Of a stretch of 64,000 bases of DNA, positions 1-9,476 are shown piece after piece. The position numbers were made by a program, and so were the translations under genes. Location: contig CAZTVK010000019.1 of NCBI GenBank assembly GCA_964617195.1, positions 225,019 to 289,018 of the forward strand, in the 5' to 3' direction. Source of the stretch: an uncultured Methanosarcinales archaeon. GTDB taxonomy: Archaea > Nanobdellota > Nanobdellia > Woesearchaeales > ARS49. The notes under the pieces were generated by a model. It saw nothing but the letters and a program-made list of their open reading frames with translations. It was not told the origin of the DNA and did no database searches. Position 1 is the first letter of the stretch, and every line of letters starts with the position of its first letter.

Positions 1-153
1 GAAATAGACCTAGTCGTGCCGTGCAACAACAAAGGCAAAAAGTCACTCGGACTATTGTTCTACATTCTCGCAAGAGAATACCTGCGCCAGCGCGGACAAC
101 TAGCAACAGACCAAGAACCAACATTCACCGTCGAAGAATTCACGGATGAATAA
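1..153 (+). CDS. 3' end of an upstream gene (partial, open at window start), unknown product
   Basis: Frame 1 is open from nt 1 to TAA at 151-153 (…TFTVEEFTDE*); no start in window; followed by T-rich tract. Confidence 0.35.
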   Translation, partial: EIDLVVPCNNKGKKSLGLLFYILAREYLRQRGQLATDQEPTFTVEEFTDE

Positions 154-158
154 TTTTT

Positions 159-854
159 TTATTCAATTTTTTTAACTCCTTTCTCAACAATCTCAAACTC
201 AACTTCCTTCTCACCAGCAATACTCCTGTGCTTTCTCAGAATAATCCTGCGCTTGCCATTATGCAAAGACTCCAACTCCAACAAACACTTGCTCGTGTAC
301 AACAAAATATCCCCGCCAACAATCTTAACACGACTGCCCTCAAAAGAAGCATACACCTGAGACGTGAGCAAAATCGGAATATTATGCTTTCGTGCGATCT
401 CATTCAACGCCAACATCTGCAAGCTCAAATCACGATTATAATTGTTATCCTCCTTAAAACTACGCTGAAGCCTATACAACATGGTCATCGTGTCAATAAC
501 AATCAAGCCAATTTTGGAATTCACCAGTTTCTTAATCATATCAACAGATTTATTCTGCTCATCAAAAGACATCGGGCGCAAAAATACCATCCTGTCAAGA
601 AATTTCTTGTACTCAGGCAAAATTTGCTTCAAACGCGCAACACTAAAACCACCCTCAGTATCAACAAAAATAACCTTCTTACCCTGCTTGGCAACATCCA
701 CAGCAGCCAACAAAGCCAAATTAGTCTTCCCAACACCAGCAGGACCATAAATTGTGGTAATGGCATCTGCCTCAAAACCACCTTCCAACAGGTCATCCAA
801 GAACCCAACCCCCGAAGACACCCTTTTCGTGTTCATACCCTTGACGTGTTTCAA
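159..854 (-). CDS. radB: RadB-like RecA-superfamily recombination ATPase
   Basis: 231 aa; Walker A GPAGVGKT, Walker B-like IVIDT, RadA/RadB/KaiC-like layout and size typical of archaeal RadB. Confidence 0.7.
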   Translation of the reverse strand: MKHVKGMNTKRVSSGVGFLDDLLEGGFEADAITTIYGPAGVGKTNLALLAAVDVAKQGKKVIFVDTEGGFSVARLKQILPEYKKFLDRMVFLRPMSFDEQNKSVDMIKKLVNSKIGLIVIDTMTMLYRLQRSFKEDNNYNRDLSLQMLALNEIARKHNIPILLTSQVYASFEGSRVKIVGGDILLYTSKCLLELESLHNGKRRIILRKHRSIAGEKEVEFEIVEKGVKKIE

Positions 855-894
855 GTCAAAAACCTTTATAAAGCCTCCTCTTTCAGACTAACAC

Positions 895-2370
895 ATGAGT
901 AAATCGTGGGTGGGGCTTACAACAGTAGTGCTATTCATATTAGCTGCCAGGCTATACTTCGCCTTCCAAACACCCTATTACACCTCAGACACAGCATACC
1001 TGGAAATCAGATCAATAGAAAGCCTGATGCAAGGCCAACTCCTCTGGCAAGACCCACTAGGCAACGGAGGAAGAACTCTTATCAGAAGCCCAGTGTTTGA
1101 CGCAATCCTGGCATTTTTCGCACTCTTCATACCATACGCGCTCAAAATAATACCAAACATCTTCGCATCACTCCTCATAATTCCGGCATTCCTGATAGCA
1201 AAAAAACTAACAGACAACACGAACATATCACTCTTCTCAGCACTGCTCGCAGGACTAGTCCCAGCATACTTCTCACACACATTCAACCACGTAGCAACCC
1301 ACACGCTATCTCTGACCCTTTTCTTTTTCCTAGTCTACGCCTGGCTCAACATACCATCAAGACCATGGATTTACACATTCCTCACAGTCCTCCTCGTATT
1401 CGTATTCCTCAGCCCGCTATCAATAATCCTAGTATTAAGCATCGGAGTATACCTCGTTCTAGCAGCGCTTGAACAAATCAAACCAAAAGCAGCAGAATAC
1501 GAACTCGGACTCTTCTCAATATTTTTCGCACTATGGGCACAATTCCTCCTATACAAAAAACTAATACTCTTCCACGGACCAAGAATAATCTGGCAAAACA
1601 TACCAAACGAACTCTTTTCAGCATTCTACTCAAACGTCACAATACTAGGAGCAATAGCACAAATAGGAATCTTCCCTCTAGTGGACGGAACATACGCGCT
1701 TTACAAAACGGCATTCAAAGAACCACGCAAAGAAACACTAATGCTTTTGAGTATAACAATCGTCTCAGCGCTAACACTCTGGTTCAAACTAATCGACATC
1801 ACCACAGGATTCATGCTCCTCGGAACAACACTCGCCATAATATTCTCCAAATCACTAATCATTACAAAGAACTATTTCAATGAAACAAAAATCAGAAAAT
1901 ACACACCGATGATACTCACACTGATCGCAATATCAGCATTCGCCACAACGGCCTACCCAGCATACACGCAAACACAATCACAACTACAACAAACCATAAC
2001 CCATGAAGAAGTCACGGCACTTACTGAACTCCAAAACATAACACCAGAAAACGCAGTGTTCATGGCACCAGCATCATACGGAAACTACATAACAGCAATC
2101 GCAAAAAGAAAAAACGTAATCGACACATACTTCTTCCTCCAGCCACGCGCAAACGAAAGATACCAAGATGCAGCGCGCATATACAAAACAACATTCGAAA
2201 CAGAAGCAGTAGAACTTCTAGACAAATACAAAGCGATGTACATAGTAGTGCCTCCGGGAACGAAAGACCTCGCCTATGGAAACGGGCTATGCTTCAAGAG
2301 AATACACGCCACAAACATAATCATATACAGAAAAGACGCATCCTGTGAAGTCAAGGTGGTCGCACGATGA
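895..2370 (+). CDS. Multi-pass membrane protein, GT-C-fold glycosyltransferase-like (STT3/PMT/ArnT superfamily-like), paralog 1
   Basis: 491 aa; ~10 predicted TM helices N-terminal, soluble C-terminal domain; first loop D-x-x-Y…R motif; paralogous to next ORF; no WWDYG motif. Confidence 0.5.
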   Translation: MSKSWVGLTTVVLFILAARLYFAFQTPYYTSDTAYLEIRSIESLMQGQLLWQDPLGNGGRTLIRSPVFDAILAFFALFIPYALKIIPNIFASLLIIPAFLIAKKLTDNTNISLFSALLAGLVPAYFSHTFNHVATHTLSLTLFFFLVYAWLNIPSRPWIYTFLTVLLVFVFLSPLSIILVLSIGVYLVLAALEQIKPKAAEYELGLFSIFFALWAQFLLYKKLILFHGPRIIWQNIPNELFSAFYSNVTILGAIAQIGIFPLVDGTYALYKTAFKEPRKETLMLLSITIVSALTLWFKLIDITTGFMLLGTTLAIIFSKSLIITKNYFNETKIRKYTPMILTLIAISAFATTAYPAYTQTQSQLQQTITHEEVTALTELQNITPENAVFMAPASYGNYITAIAKRKNVIDTYFFLQPRANERYQDAARIYKTTFETEAVELLDKYKAMYIVVPPGTKDLAYGNGLCFKRIHATNIIIYRKDASCEVKVVAR

Positions 2371-3725
2371 AAATACATATTTTCAGCATATTCGTACTAG
2401 CGCTTGTAATGATAATGCTACCACTACATCTCAGATTCTCACACCACAATCCAACACTAGCAGGAACAGAACCATACTACCACGCCCGCATGGCCATCCA
2501 ACTCTCAGAAGGCAAAATTCCAACAACAGATACGGCAATCATTTCAGGAAGACCATACACGCTAAACCCATATCATGTGATTCTGGCAGCAGCATACAAA
2601 CTACTAGGACCCCTTGCATTCAACCTTCTCCCACCAATATTCGCACTCCTGAGTTTCATCTTCGTATGGCTGCTAACAAAAAGACTAGCAATACCAGAAC
2701 ACGTACAACCATGGATACTTCTCGCATACGCTTTATCACCACCACTACTAGCAACAAGCATAATCGGAAACCCATACTCATTTGTTTTAGCATTACTCAC
2801 AGGAGGCGCCCTTCTGCTCCTAAACCATTGGTGGATACTAGGAATGATCGCAACAATAATCGCAGCACTATCAGGACCAGTATACGCCATCGCAGCAATA
2901 GCATTCCTGCTAATCCTAATCCTCACAGTAAAAAAAGAAACAAAAAACCTCTCAATAACAGCCTTCATATGTTTCATACTACTAATACTGAACTATTCAC
3001 CAGCATACGTCCCGCACGACAGAGGAATACTACAATACATCAGCGACCTTGGAGGAACGTACGGGTTCAGCATATTCGCGCTAATGCTCGCAATAGTAGG
3101 AGCAATCCTGATCTGGGAACACAAACAAAAATACTACGGAGCCTACGCAGTCTTCATGATATTCCTAATCTCAAGCTTCTTCTTCCCAGGAATGCTAGTC
3201 TTCGCAAACATACTAGTCTCAGGCCTCGCAGGAGTAGCCCTGGCATCACTTGCACAAAGAAAATGGAAACTCACATTCCTCAGACAAGCAGCACTGCTAG
3301 TACTATTCTGCGGACTATTATTCAGCAGCATATCACACGCAGTAATACTCGCGGACATGCCACCAACGATGTCATTCTTCAAAACAATAGAGTTCAAACC
3401 CGGAGTAATACTCACCCATGAAAAATACGGGTTCTGGATAGAATCAGCAGGACACACAGCAGTCATAGACCAACTATGGAAAGAACTTCCAGATGCGGAA
3501 GACCGCATATGGGACACAGCAGCACTCTTCAGCTCAACAGACCTGCAAAAAACAAAAATACTCCTGCAAAAATACAACATAACACACATACTGATAACAC
3601 CTGAAATGCAGCACGGACTCTTATGGGAAAGAGAACAAGACGGTCTTGATTTCCTCGTCGAAAACAGCGAAACGTTTAAAAAACTAGAAACAGGCTCAAA
3701 TACCAAGGTGTGGAGAATCAGATGA
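2367..3725 (+). CDS. Multi-pass membrane protein, GT-C-fold glycosyltransferase-like, paralog 2
   Basis: 452 aa; ATGA overlap with previous gene; same architecture; first-loop motif EPYYHARM resembles AglB/STT3 EL1 (DPxYHxR) but no WWDYG. Confidence 0.5.
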   Translation: MKIHIFSIFVLALVMIMLPLHLRFSHHNPTLAGTEPYYHARMAIQLSEGKIPTTDTAIISGRPYTLNPYHVILAAAYKLLGPLAFNLLPPIFALLSFIFVWLLTKRLAIPEHVQPWILLAYALSPPLLATSIIGNPYSFVLALLTGGALLLLNHWWILGMIATIIAALSGPVYAIAAIAFLLILILTVKKETKNLSITAFICFILLILNYSPAYVPHDRGILQYISDLGGTYGFSIFALMLAIVGAILIWEHKQKYYGAYAVFMIFLISSFFFPGMLVFANILVSGLAGVALASLAQRKWKLTFLRQAALLVLFCGLLFSSISHAVILADMPPTMSFFKTIEFKPGVILTHEKYGFWIESAGHTAVIDQLWKELPDAEDRIWDTAALFSSTDLQKTKILLQKYNITHILITPEMQHGLLWEREQDGLDFLVENSETFKKLETGSNTKVWRIR

Positions 3726-4348
3726 AAAAACAAACACTATTAACAACAATCCTGCTCGTCTGCGTAGTATTCGTACTCGGAATAATTTTAGGCAACTCCT
3801 GGAACAGCGCAGAAACAACAGAAGTATCAAAAGTATTGCGTCAATCAGAACTCGACGCGGAAAGCTTTCTGGCAGAACAAGAACTCTTTGAAAGCTTTGA
3901 AACAAATTGCGCACTAGCCGAAAAACGCCTGAGCTCGCTCAGCGAAGAACTATTGAAATTAGGCAAAGTCCTAGGCGCAGACGATGCCCAAGAAAAACTC
4001 GGAGAGGAAAACTACGGCTTCCTGAAAAGAAAATATCACTTGATGCAAATACGCACGTACATTCTGGACAGAAAATTACAAGAAGACTGCGGAAGCAAAA
4101 CAAACGTCATACTATACTATTTCAAACGGAAAGACGCGCCCAGCGAACAACAAGGAAAAATACTTGACGAACTAGTAGGACAATACCACCTGCACGTCTT
4201 CGCAATCGAATACAGATACTCAAAAGAACTGGAATTCTTGGAAGACTATTACGAAATAAAAGACGCGCCAGCACTCGTAGTGAATTTCGACAACACGAAA
4301 ACAGGACTGGTCACCAAAGAACAACTAATCCCGCTCCTCCATGGATGA
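3710..4348 (+). CDS. N-terminally membrane-anchored extracellular protein with degenerate thioredoxin-like fold; paralog of N-terminal module of the next gene
   Basis: 212 aa; one N-terminal TM (LLTTILLVCVVFVLGIIL); shares FLKRKYxL…ECxK…YFxxxD…QGxIL…APxLVVN pattern and two conserved Cys with 4341..6464. Confidence 0.5.
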   Translation: MENQMKKQTLLTTILLVCVVFVLGIILGNSWNSAETTEVSKVLRQSELDAESFLAEQELFESFETNCALAEKRLSSLSEELLKLGKVLGADDAQEKLGEENYGFLKRKYHLMQIRTYILDRKLQEDCGSKTNVILYYFKRKDAPSEQQGKILDELVGQYHLHVFAIEYRYSKELEFLEDYYEIKDAPALVVNFDNTKTGLVTKEQLIPLLHG

Positions 4349-6464
4349 AAAAATAAAAATACTCGGCAGAAGCCTACTTCTGACAATATTGATCTTCGCC
4401 GCAGGAATACTGCTCAACCACACTTTTGACGCATTCAGAATATCAATCATAGAAGACGTCATGACAGAACACGAAATAAACACAGAAGCGTATAGAGTAG
4501 AACGCTTCTTCACAGAAACCTTTGGAGAAGAACAATGCGACATGATGGTAGCCAGAATCTCAGACCTGAAAAAAGAAGTCAGAAAAGTAGGAGAAGACCT
4601 GGGAAGCTACTCGCGCTTCAGCTTCTTCAGACGAAAAGACTACGATTATTTGAAACGAAAATACTTTCTCCTGGAATTAAGATTTCTAGCACTAATACAA
4701 AAAATCAACAAAGAATGCGACAAACCATACCTCCCGATAATATTCTTCTACGAAATAGACCAAGACGAAAGCGAACGCCAAGGATTCATACTCCAAGACC
4801 TAAGCGAAGACTACGACCAGAACCTGATAGTGCTAACCCTTGACAAAGACTACGAAGATGAGCCATTAGTAAAAATACTCGCTGAAAACTACAACGTCAC
4901 ACAAGCACCAACGATAATAATAGATGAACAATCAATCCCAGGACTCGTTTACACAGGACAACTCAACGCGAGCATACAAAAATTCTTAAAACGCGCAGAC
5001 CCATACGCGCAAAGCATAAATTTCAATCTCGTGCCAGAAGCAGCCGGCATAGACAAACAACGACTGCTAACCCAGCTCGAAAACATTGCCAGCAATGAAA
5101 AAGCAGACCTATGGGCGCGAGCAGACGCCACACTCATCATCGGAAGATTGACAACCAATGATACACTTATCTGCGAAAGCCTACAGTTCTACGACCAAAT
5201 AAACAGCACAAGCCACGAAGAAAAAGCATTAATCTATGAAACCAGCGCCTCACTCGGCTGCGGAAGAAACAGACAGGCATTCCTGAAAGCAGCAGCAAAA
5301 GAATGGAAAGCAACCGGAAACACCTTCCGCGCAGAACTCCTCGAAAAAATATCAACAGGAACAAGACAAAAAATCAATTTCGACAAAGCAAACAACGCCA
5401 ACACAACAGTAATCACCGGATACAACACACCAATCACGCCAAAACTTGTGAAAACAAACGCAAGTTCAGTCATCATAGGAAAAACAACAATAACACTGGA
5501 TAAGGACAGCGTTATTATCTCTCAAGACGACCGCGTTTACCGCGACTGGCTAAGCGGACAAGTAGCAAACCCATACGGGCCAACAATACTAACAACATTC
5601 TCAGAAAGACTGACGTATAACCAGACAGAATTACTTCCAGAAATAGGATGGCACGAAGGCGGAAGAATAAAAGAGCTCAAAACCATAAATTTCACGCACA
5701 TACCAGCAGTCGGAACACTAGTCGCCCGCAGCAAAGACAGATGGTTTGCGGTAGACAACAATGGAACCTTCAGATTTGAAGTGCCAATCGACAAACTAAG
5801 CTATCCAACCACGCGTTTCCTACGCAGAGATTTAGCAGTAATAATAGACACCCATGGCGTAAACATGCTCGTCGAACAAGCAATAAGATACAACGCAACA
5901 ACAGTAGTCAGCGACTGCGACCATCCAGGAAAAGTCTACGCGGCAAAATACCTAAGCGAACACGGAATTTCAGTTGTTTGCTTCCCAGACAAATACGCAT
6001 ACCTAGCACTCGGACACAACCTGTCTCTAGTTGGCAGCCCTCCAACCGAAATCACACAAGACAAAGCAGTCATCGGAAACAGACCAATCAAAATAACAAC
6101 CAAAGACAAAATCGTCATTGCAAACTCAACAGACACAGCATACGCACTCTGGTACTACCAAACACCAGCATCATACTTCGAAACACTGACTACTGCCATT
6201 CCACTCAATGTCACGTACGTCAGCCTTGACAGTTTCGGACAAATGGACAAAATAACAGACAAAGCACGCGAAATCAAAGCCACAATCATAGCCACTCGCA
6301 TCTTCAACAGCGATGATTATTCAGCAATCAAAAAATGGCTTGACGAAAGCCCAGAAAGAAAAGTCATACTCTTCCACAGCTCTTCATACCCCTACGGACA
6401 AAAAATATTCAGAGAATACACAAACCAAACAACATTCGACGATCCAAACCCAGAATTCATATGA
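4341..6464 (+). CDS. Large membrane-anchored extracellular protein (surface protein candidate), N-terminal module paralogous to previous gene
   Basis: 707 aa; N-terminal TM anchor; >12 N-x-S/T sequons in ~500-aa C-terminal region; no recognisable catalytic motifs. Confidence 0.55.
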   Translation: MDEKIKILGRSLLLTILIFAAGILLNHTFDAFRISIIEDVMTEHEINTEAYRVERFFTETFGEEQCDMMVARISDLKKEVRKVGEDLGSYSRFSFFRRKDYDYLKRKYFLLELRFLALIQKINKECDKPYLPIIFFYEIDQDESERQGFILQDLSEDYDQNLIVLTLDKDYEDEPLVKILAENYNVTQAPTIIIDEQSIPGLVYTGQLNASIQKFLKRADPYAQSINFNLVPEAAGIDKQRLLTQLENIASNEKADLWARADATLIIGRLTTNDTLICESLQFYDQINSTSHEEKALIYETSASLGCGRNRQAFLKAAAKEWKATGNTFRAELLEKISTGTRQKINFDKANNANTTVITGYNTPITPKLVKTNASSVIIGKTTITLDKDSVIISQDDRVYRDWLSGQVANPYGPTILTTFSERLTYNQTELLPEIGWHEGGRIKELKTINFTHIPAVGTLVARSKDRWFAVDNNGTFRFEVPIDKLSYPTTRFLRRDLAVIIDTHGVNMLVEQAIRYNATTVVSDCDHPGKVYAAKYLSEHGISVVCFPDKYAYLALGHNLSLVGSPPTEITQDKAVIGNRPIKITTKDKIVIANSTDTAYALWYYQTPASYFETLTTAIPLNVTYVSLDSFGQMDKITDKAREIKATIIATRIFNSDDYSAIKKWLDESPERKVILFHSSSYPYGQKIFREYTNQTTFDDPNPEFI

Positions 6465-7867
6465 AACGAAACTATTCGCTCTACATAATTCTCGCTCTAG
6501 CATTAATCATACGCCTCATCTTTGCATTCTCATGGCACGAAGTCTGGTGGGACTCAGGAGTCTACATCGGCATGGGAAAACACCTGTATTCTGGAGGAGA
6601 AAACGGGCTATGGGAACACATACGCCCACCACTCCTACCAATAATGCTAGGCTTCCTATGGAAAACAGGCCTTTCACCAATACTCTTCGGAAGACTATTA
6701 GAAATAATATTCATGCTAGGCACAGTCTGGCTGACATACGAACTCGCATTACGCTGGTTTGAAAACAAAACAGCAATCATCGCATCACTTATCATCGCGC
6801 TCAGCCCAATATTCTATTATCTCAGCTTCCACCAATACAACGAAATCCCAAGCACATTCTTCGTACTACTCGCAATCTGGCTCTCACTCAAAGAAAAACA
6901 TTTCCTCGCAGGAATCTCAACAGGAATAGCATTCCTATCAAAATTCGCACCAGGAATGTTCGCAGGAATAATCATACTCTATCTCGCCATCAACAAAAAA
7001 TGGAAACCAACAATACTAACAGGAACAGGATTCGCAATAATAACATCACCCTACTTCATCTACAGCTGGATAGCATATGGAAGCCCGCTCGCAACCTTTT
7101 CAGCAGCACAAGACGCCATTGCTAACGTACTCGGCTGCAACGTATTACGCCACCAGCCATGGCACCAATACTTCTCATGGCTAATATTCAGCGAAACAAA
7201 ACTACACCTTCTAGCCATCATCGGCATATTCGCTCTTTACAAAAAATGGAAAAAACAACACTTACTATTTGTTTTCAGCTTAATCATACCATTGCTATAC
7301 TTCACACAACTCAACTGCAGAGACTACCGATACATCACACTCTTCCTGCCATTTGTTGCCATACTCACAGCACTAGGCATTGCCTGGATATACGAACAAT
7401 TCAAAGTAAAGAAGAACTTGGCATTTGTTATACTCACCATTCTCTTATCAGCATGGATGCTTAACACAACAATCAGATATTACTACGCAAATGAACTCCA
7501 ACAACCAGACACAACAGCAGAAGAATACTTCCACTATCTCTCAGACAAAAACATTACAGGAGAAATCTGGACAGCAAACCCAATTATTGCAGCTTACACT
7601 GACGAAAAACTTGAGAAAATCTATTATCCGGTCTATGACCAAGACGTGCAGAATAGATTCATTGATTACGTCACACTACATAATAAAAAAATCGGCGCAG
7701 TTCTCCTCGACAATTGCGGAGGAGGAATAATTTGTCCTTCTGCTGACCAGAATTGCTTGCAAAAAACAGAACAACTCATCAATCTTCTCGACAAAACATT
7801 CACAAGAACATTCGACAAACAAACAGGAAGATGCTGGTACAGAGTCTGGCTCATTTCTTCAGATTAA
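6461..7867 (+). CDS. GT-C glycosyltransferase, PMT/ArnT-like (GT39/GT83-like), dolichyl/polyprenyl-phosphate-sugar dependent
   Basis: 468 aa; multi-TM; first-loop motif HEVWWDSG resembling PMT DE(V)HFG motif; C-terminal soluble domain similar to the two upstream paralogs. Confidence 0.6.
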   Translation: MKRNYSLYIILALALIIRLIFAFSWHEVWWDSGVYIGMGKHLYSGGENGLWEHIRPPLLPIMLGFLWKTGLSPILFGRLLEIIFMLGTVWLTYELALRWFENKTAIIASLIIALSPIFYYLSFHQYNEIPSTFFVLLAIWLSLKEKHFLAGISTGIAFLSKFAPGMFAGIIILYLAINKKWKPTILTGTGFAIITSPYFIYSWIAYGSPLATFSAAQDAIANVLGCNVLRHQPWHQYFSWLIFSETKLHLLAIIGIFALYKKWKKQHLLFVFSLIIPLLYFTQLNCRDYRYITLFLPFVAILTALGIAWIYEQFKVKKNLAFVILTILLSAWMLNTTIRYYYANELQQPDTTAEEYFHYLSDKNITGEIWTANPIIAAYTDEKLEKIYYPVYDQDVQNRFIDYVTLHNKKIGAVLLDNCGGGIICPSADQNCLQKTEQLINLLDKTFTRTFDKQTGRCWYRVWLISSD

Positions 7868-8294
7868 TAATATCCCCGATAGTCAAAGGACCAGAAGTCT
7901 TCTTCGCAGCCTCGGCCTTTTCCTCCTCCTCAATCTCAACCAGCTTAATCTTCAACGATCTCTCCAATTTCTTCGCCAAATCAATAGGCGGAACAAACAA
8001 ATCACTCTCCAACTTGTGAATCATGCTCTCTTTCTCATTCAACTTCAAAGCAAACTCCTTCTGCGTCATCCCAGACTTCTCGCGAGCAGAACGAATCCTT
8101 TGCGCATAATCAGACACGACAACCTCAGAAGGCTCAACAGCCTTCTGGACCTGAGAACTCTTAGCAGCATGCATCACAGGCTTCTGGAGCATCTTGCCAT
8201 ACTTACCACACGCAGCGCAAACATTCAGCTCAGAGCCTTCCACTTTCGCGCGAAACAGTTCTGTCTCCTTACCGCACAACTCACAAACAGTCAT
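7851..8294 (-). CDS. mbf1: Archaeal multiprotein bridging factor 1 (aMBF1): Zn-ribbon + HTH_XRE
   Basis: 147 aa; N-terminal C-x2-C…C-x2-C ribbon, HTH (TQKEFALKLNEKESMIHKLE), acidic/Lys C-terminal tail; TATA ~25 nt upstream on minus strand. Confidence 0.75.
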   Translation of the reverse strand: MTVCELCGKETELFRAKVEGSELNVCAACGKYGKMLQKPVMHAAKSSQVQKAVEPSEVVVSDYAQRIRSAREKSGMTQKEFALKLNEKESMIHKLESDLFVPPIDLAKKLERSLKIKLVEIEEEEKAEAAKKTSGPLTIGDIINLKK

Positions 8295-8357
8295 GCAAAT
8301 CCAACAGCCAACGCACTATAAAAACATTTTGCCTTGACCACTACAAAATAGTGGCGT

Positions 8358-9476
8358 TTGTTTTTAAAAACCCCTGTGTTTGAAACACACATGGACGACG
8401 TGCTAGAGGAACACATACGTATAAGTGCAGAAAAAGGCCTTTCACGAATCGAAATCAAACAATTCCTTCTAAAAGCAGGCTGGCCAGAATCACAAGTAAC
8501 AACATACCTTGAAAAAAGCTTCAAAAAACTCGAAAAAGGCACAATATTAAGAGCGCACGGACTCTCAAAAAACTTTGAAGACCACCAAGTCCTCTCAAAT
8601 ATCGACTTTGAAATCAAAAGCGGAGAAATCTTCGGCCTAATCGGAATGAGCGGAGCAGGAAAAACAACACTGCTCAACCTATTAGTAGGATTCCTCAGAC
8701 CAGACCAAGGAGACGTCGTAATGGCACTCCAAGACGGCACAACACGAAGCGTATACAAAAATCCGCATTTAATCAGGCAACACATAGGATTCTCAACACA
8801 AACACCAAGCTTTTACGGAAAACTAACAGTAAGAGAAAACCTCGAACACTTCGCAAAACTCTACCACCTAACAGAACCAGACCTGACAAGACGCTGCAAC
8901 GCACTCCTAGACCTCGTCGGCCTAAAAGACGCAAGAGACGCAACATCATCACACCTCTCAGGAGGAATGCAAAAAAGACTAGACATAGCCTGCGCACTAC
9001 TGCACGACCCAAACATACTAGTCCTAGACGAGCCAACAGCAGACCTCGACCCAGTACTAAGAAAACAATTCTGGGAACTAATAAAACAAATCAACCAAAA
9101 AGGAACCACGATAATACTAGCATCACACTTCCTCGCAGAAATAGAACTCCTCTGCAGCAGAATAGCAATACTGCAAAACAAAACAATAGCCGAACTAGGA
9201 ACAGCAGAAGAGCTAAGAAACATCTACTCCAAAAACTACGAAATATACCTAACCACAAAAACACAAGACTACACCAAAATACTGGCAGAACTCGAAAAAA
9301 GAAAACGCTATTTCGTCAAAGCAACACAACAAGCAGGAGAACTAATCATAGAAACACCAGTCCCAGAACAAGTCCTGCCAATACTATCTTCCTGCCTTGA
9401 GAAAGAAAAAATACAAAGCCTGCACGTCGAAAGACCAACACTAGGCAAAGTCTTCGAAGCAGTGGTGCGACGATGA
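8358..9476 (+). CDS. ABC transporter ATP-binding protein with ~55-aa N-terminal helical extension
   Basis: Walker A GMSGAGKTT, signature LSGGMQKR, Walker B ILVLDEP, H-loop; alternative ATG start at 8391. Confidence 0.85.
   Translation: MFLKTPVFETHMDDVLEEHIRISAEKGLSRIEIKQFLLKAGWPESQVTTYLEKSFKKLEKGTILRAHGLSKNFEDHQVLSNIDFEIKSGEIFGLIGMSGAGKTTLLNLLVGFLRPDQGDVVMALQDGTTRSVYKNPHLIRQHIGFSTQTPSFYGKLTVRENLEHFAKLYHLTEPDLTRRCNALLDLVGLKDARDATSSHLSGGMQKRLDIACALLHDPNILVLDEPTADLDPVLRKQFWELIKQINQKGTTIILASHFLAEIELLCSRIAILQNKTIAELGTAEELRNIYSKNYEIYLTTKTQDYTKILAELEKRKRYFVKATQQAGELIIETPVPEQVLPILSSCLEKEKIQSLHVERPTLGKVFEAVVRR

Noticed and set aside
2345-3421. Alternative same-strand frames giving N/R/T/H-rich proteins (2345..3421, 30036..30728, 52376..52690, 14597..14992, 21588..22613)
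   Set aside because: Frame-shifted readings of A-rich coding sequence. Composition is characteristic of off-frame translation, and the in-frame partner has clear homology.
895-3725. GT-C proteins as the catalytic oligosaccharyltransferase AglB
   Set aside because: No WWDYG motif or AglB-type DK/MI motifs, and proteins are only ~450-490 aa. Kept as GT-C-fold glycosyltransferase-like.
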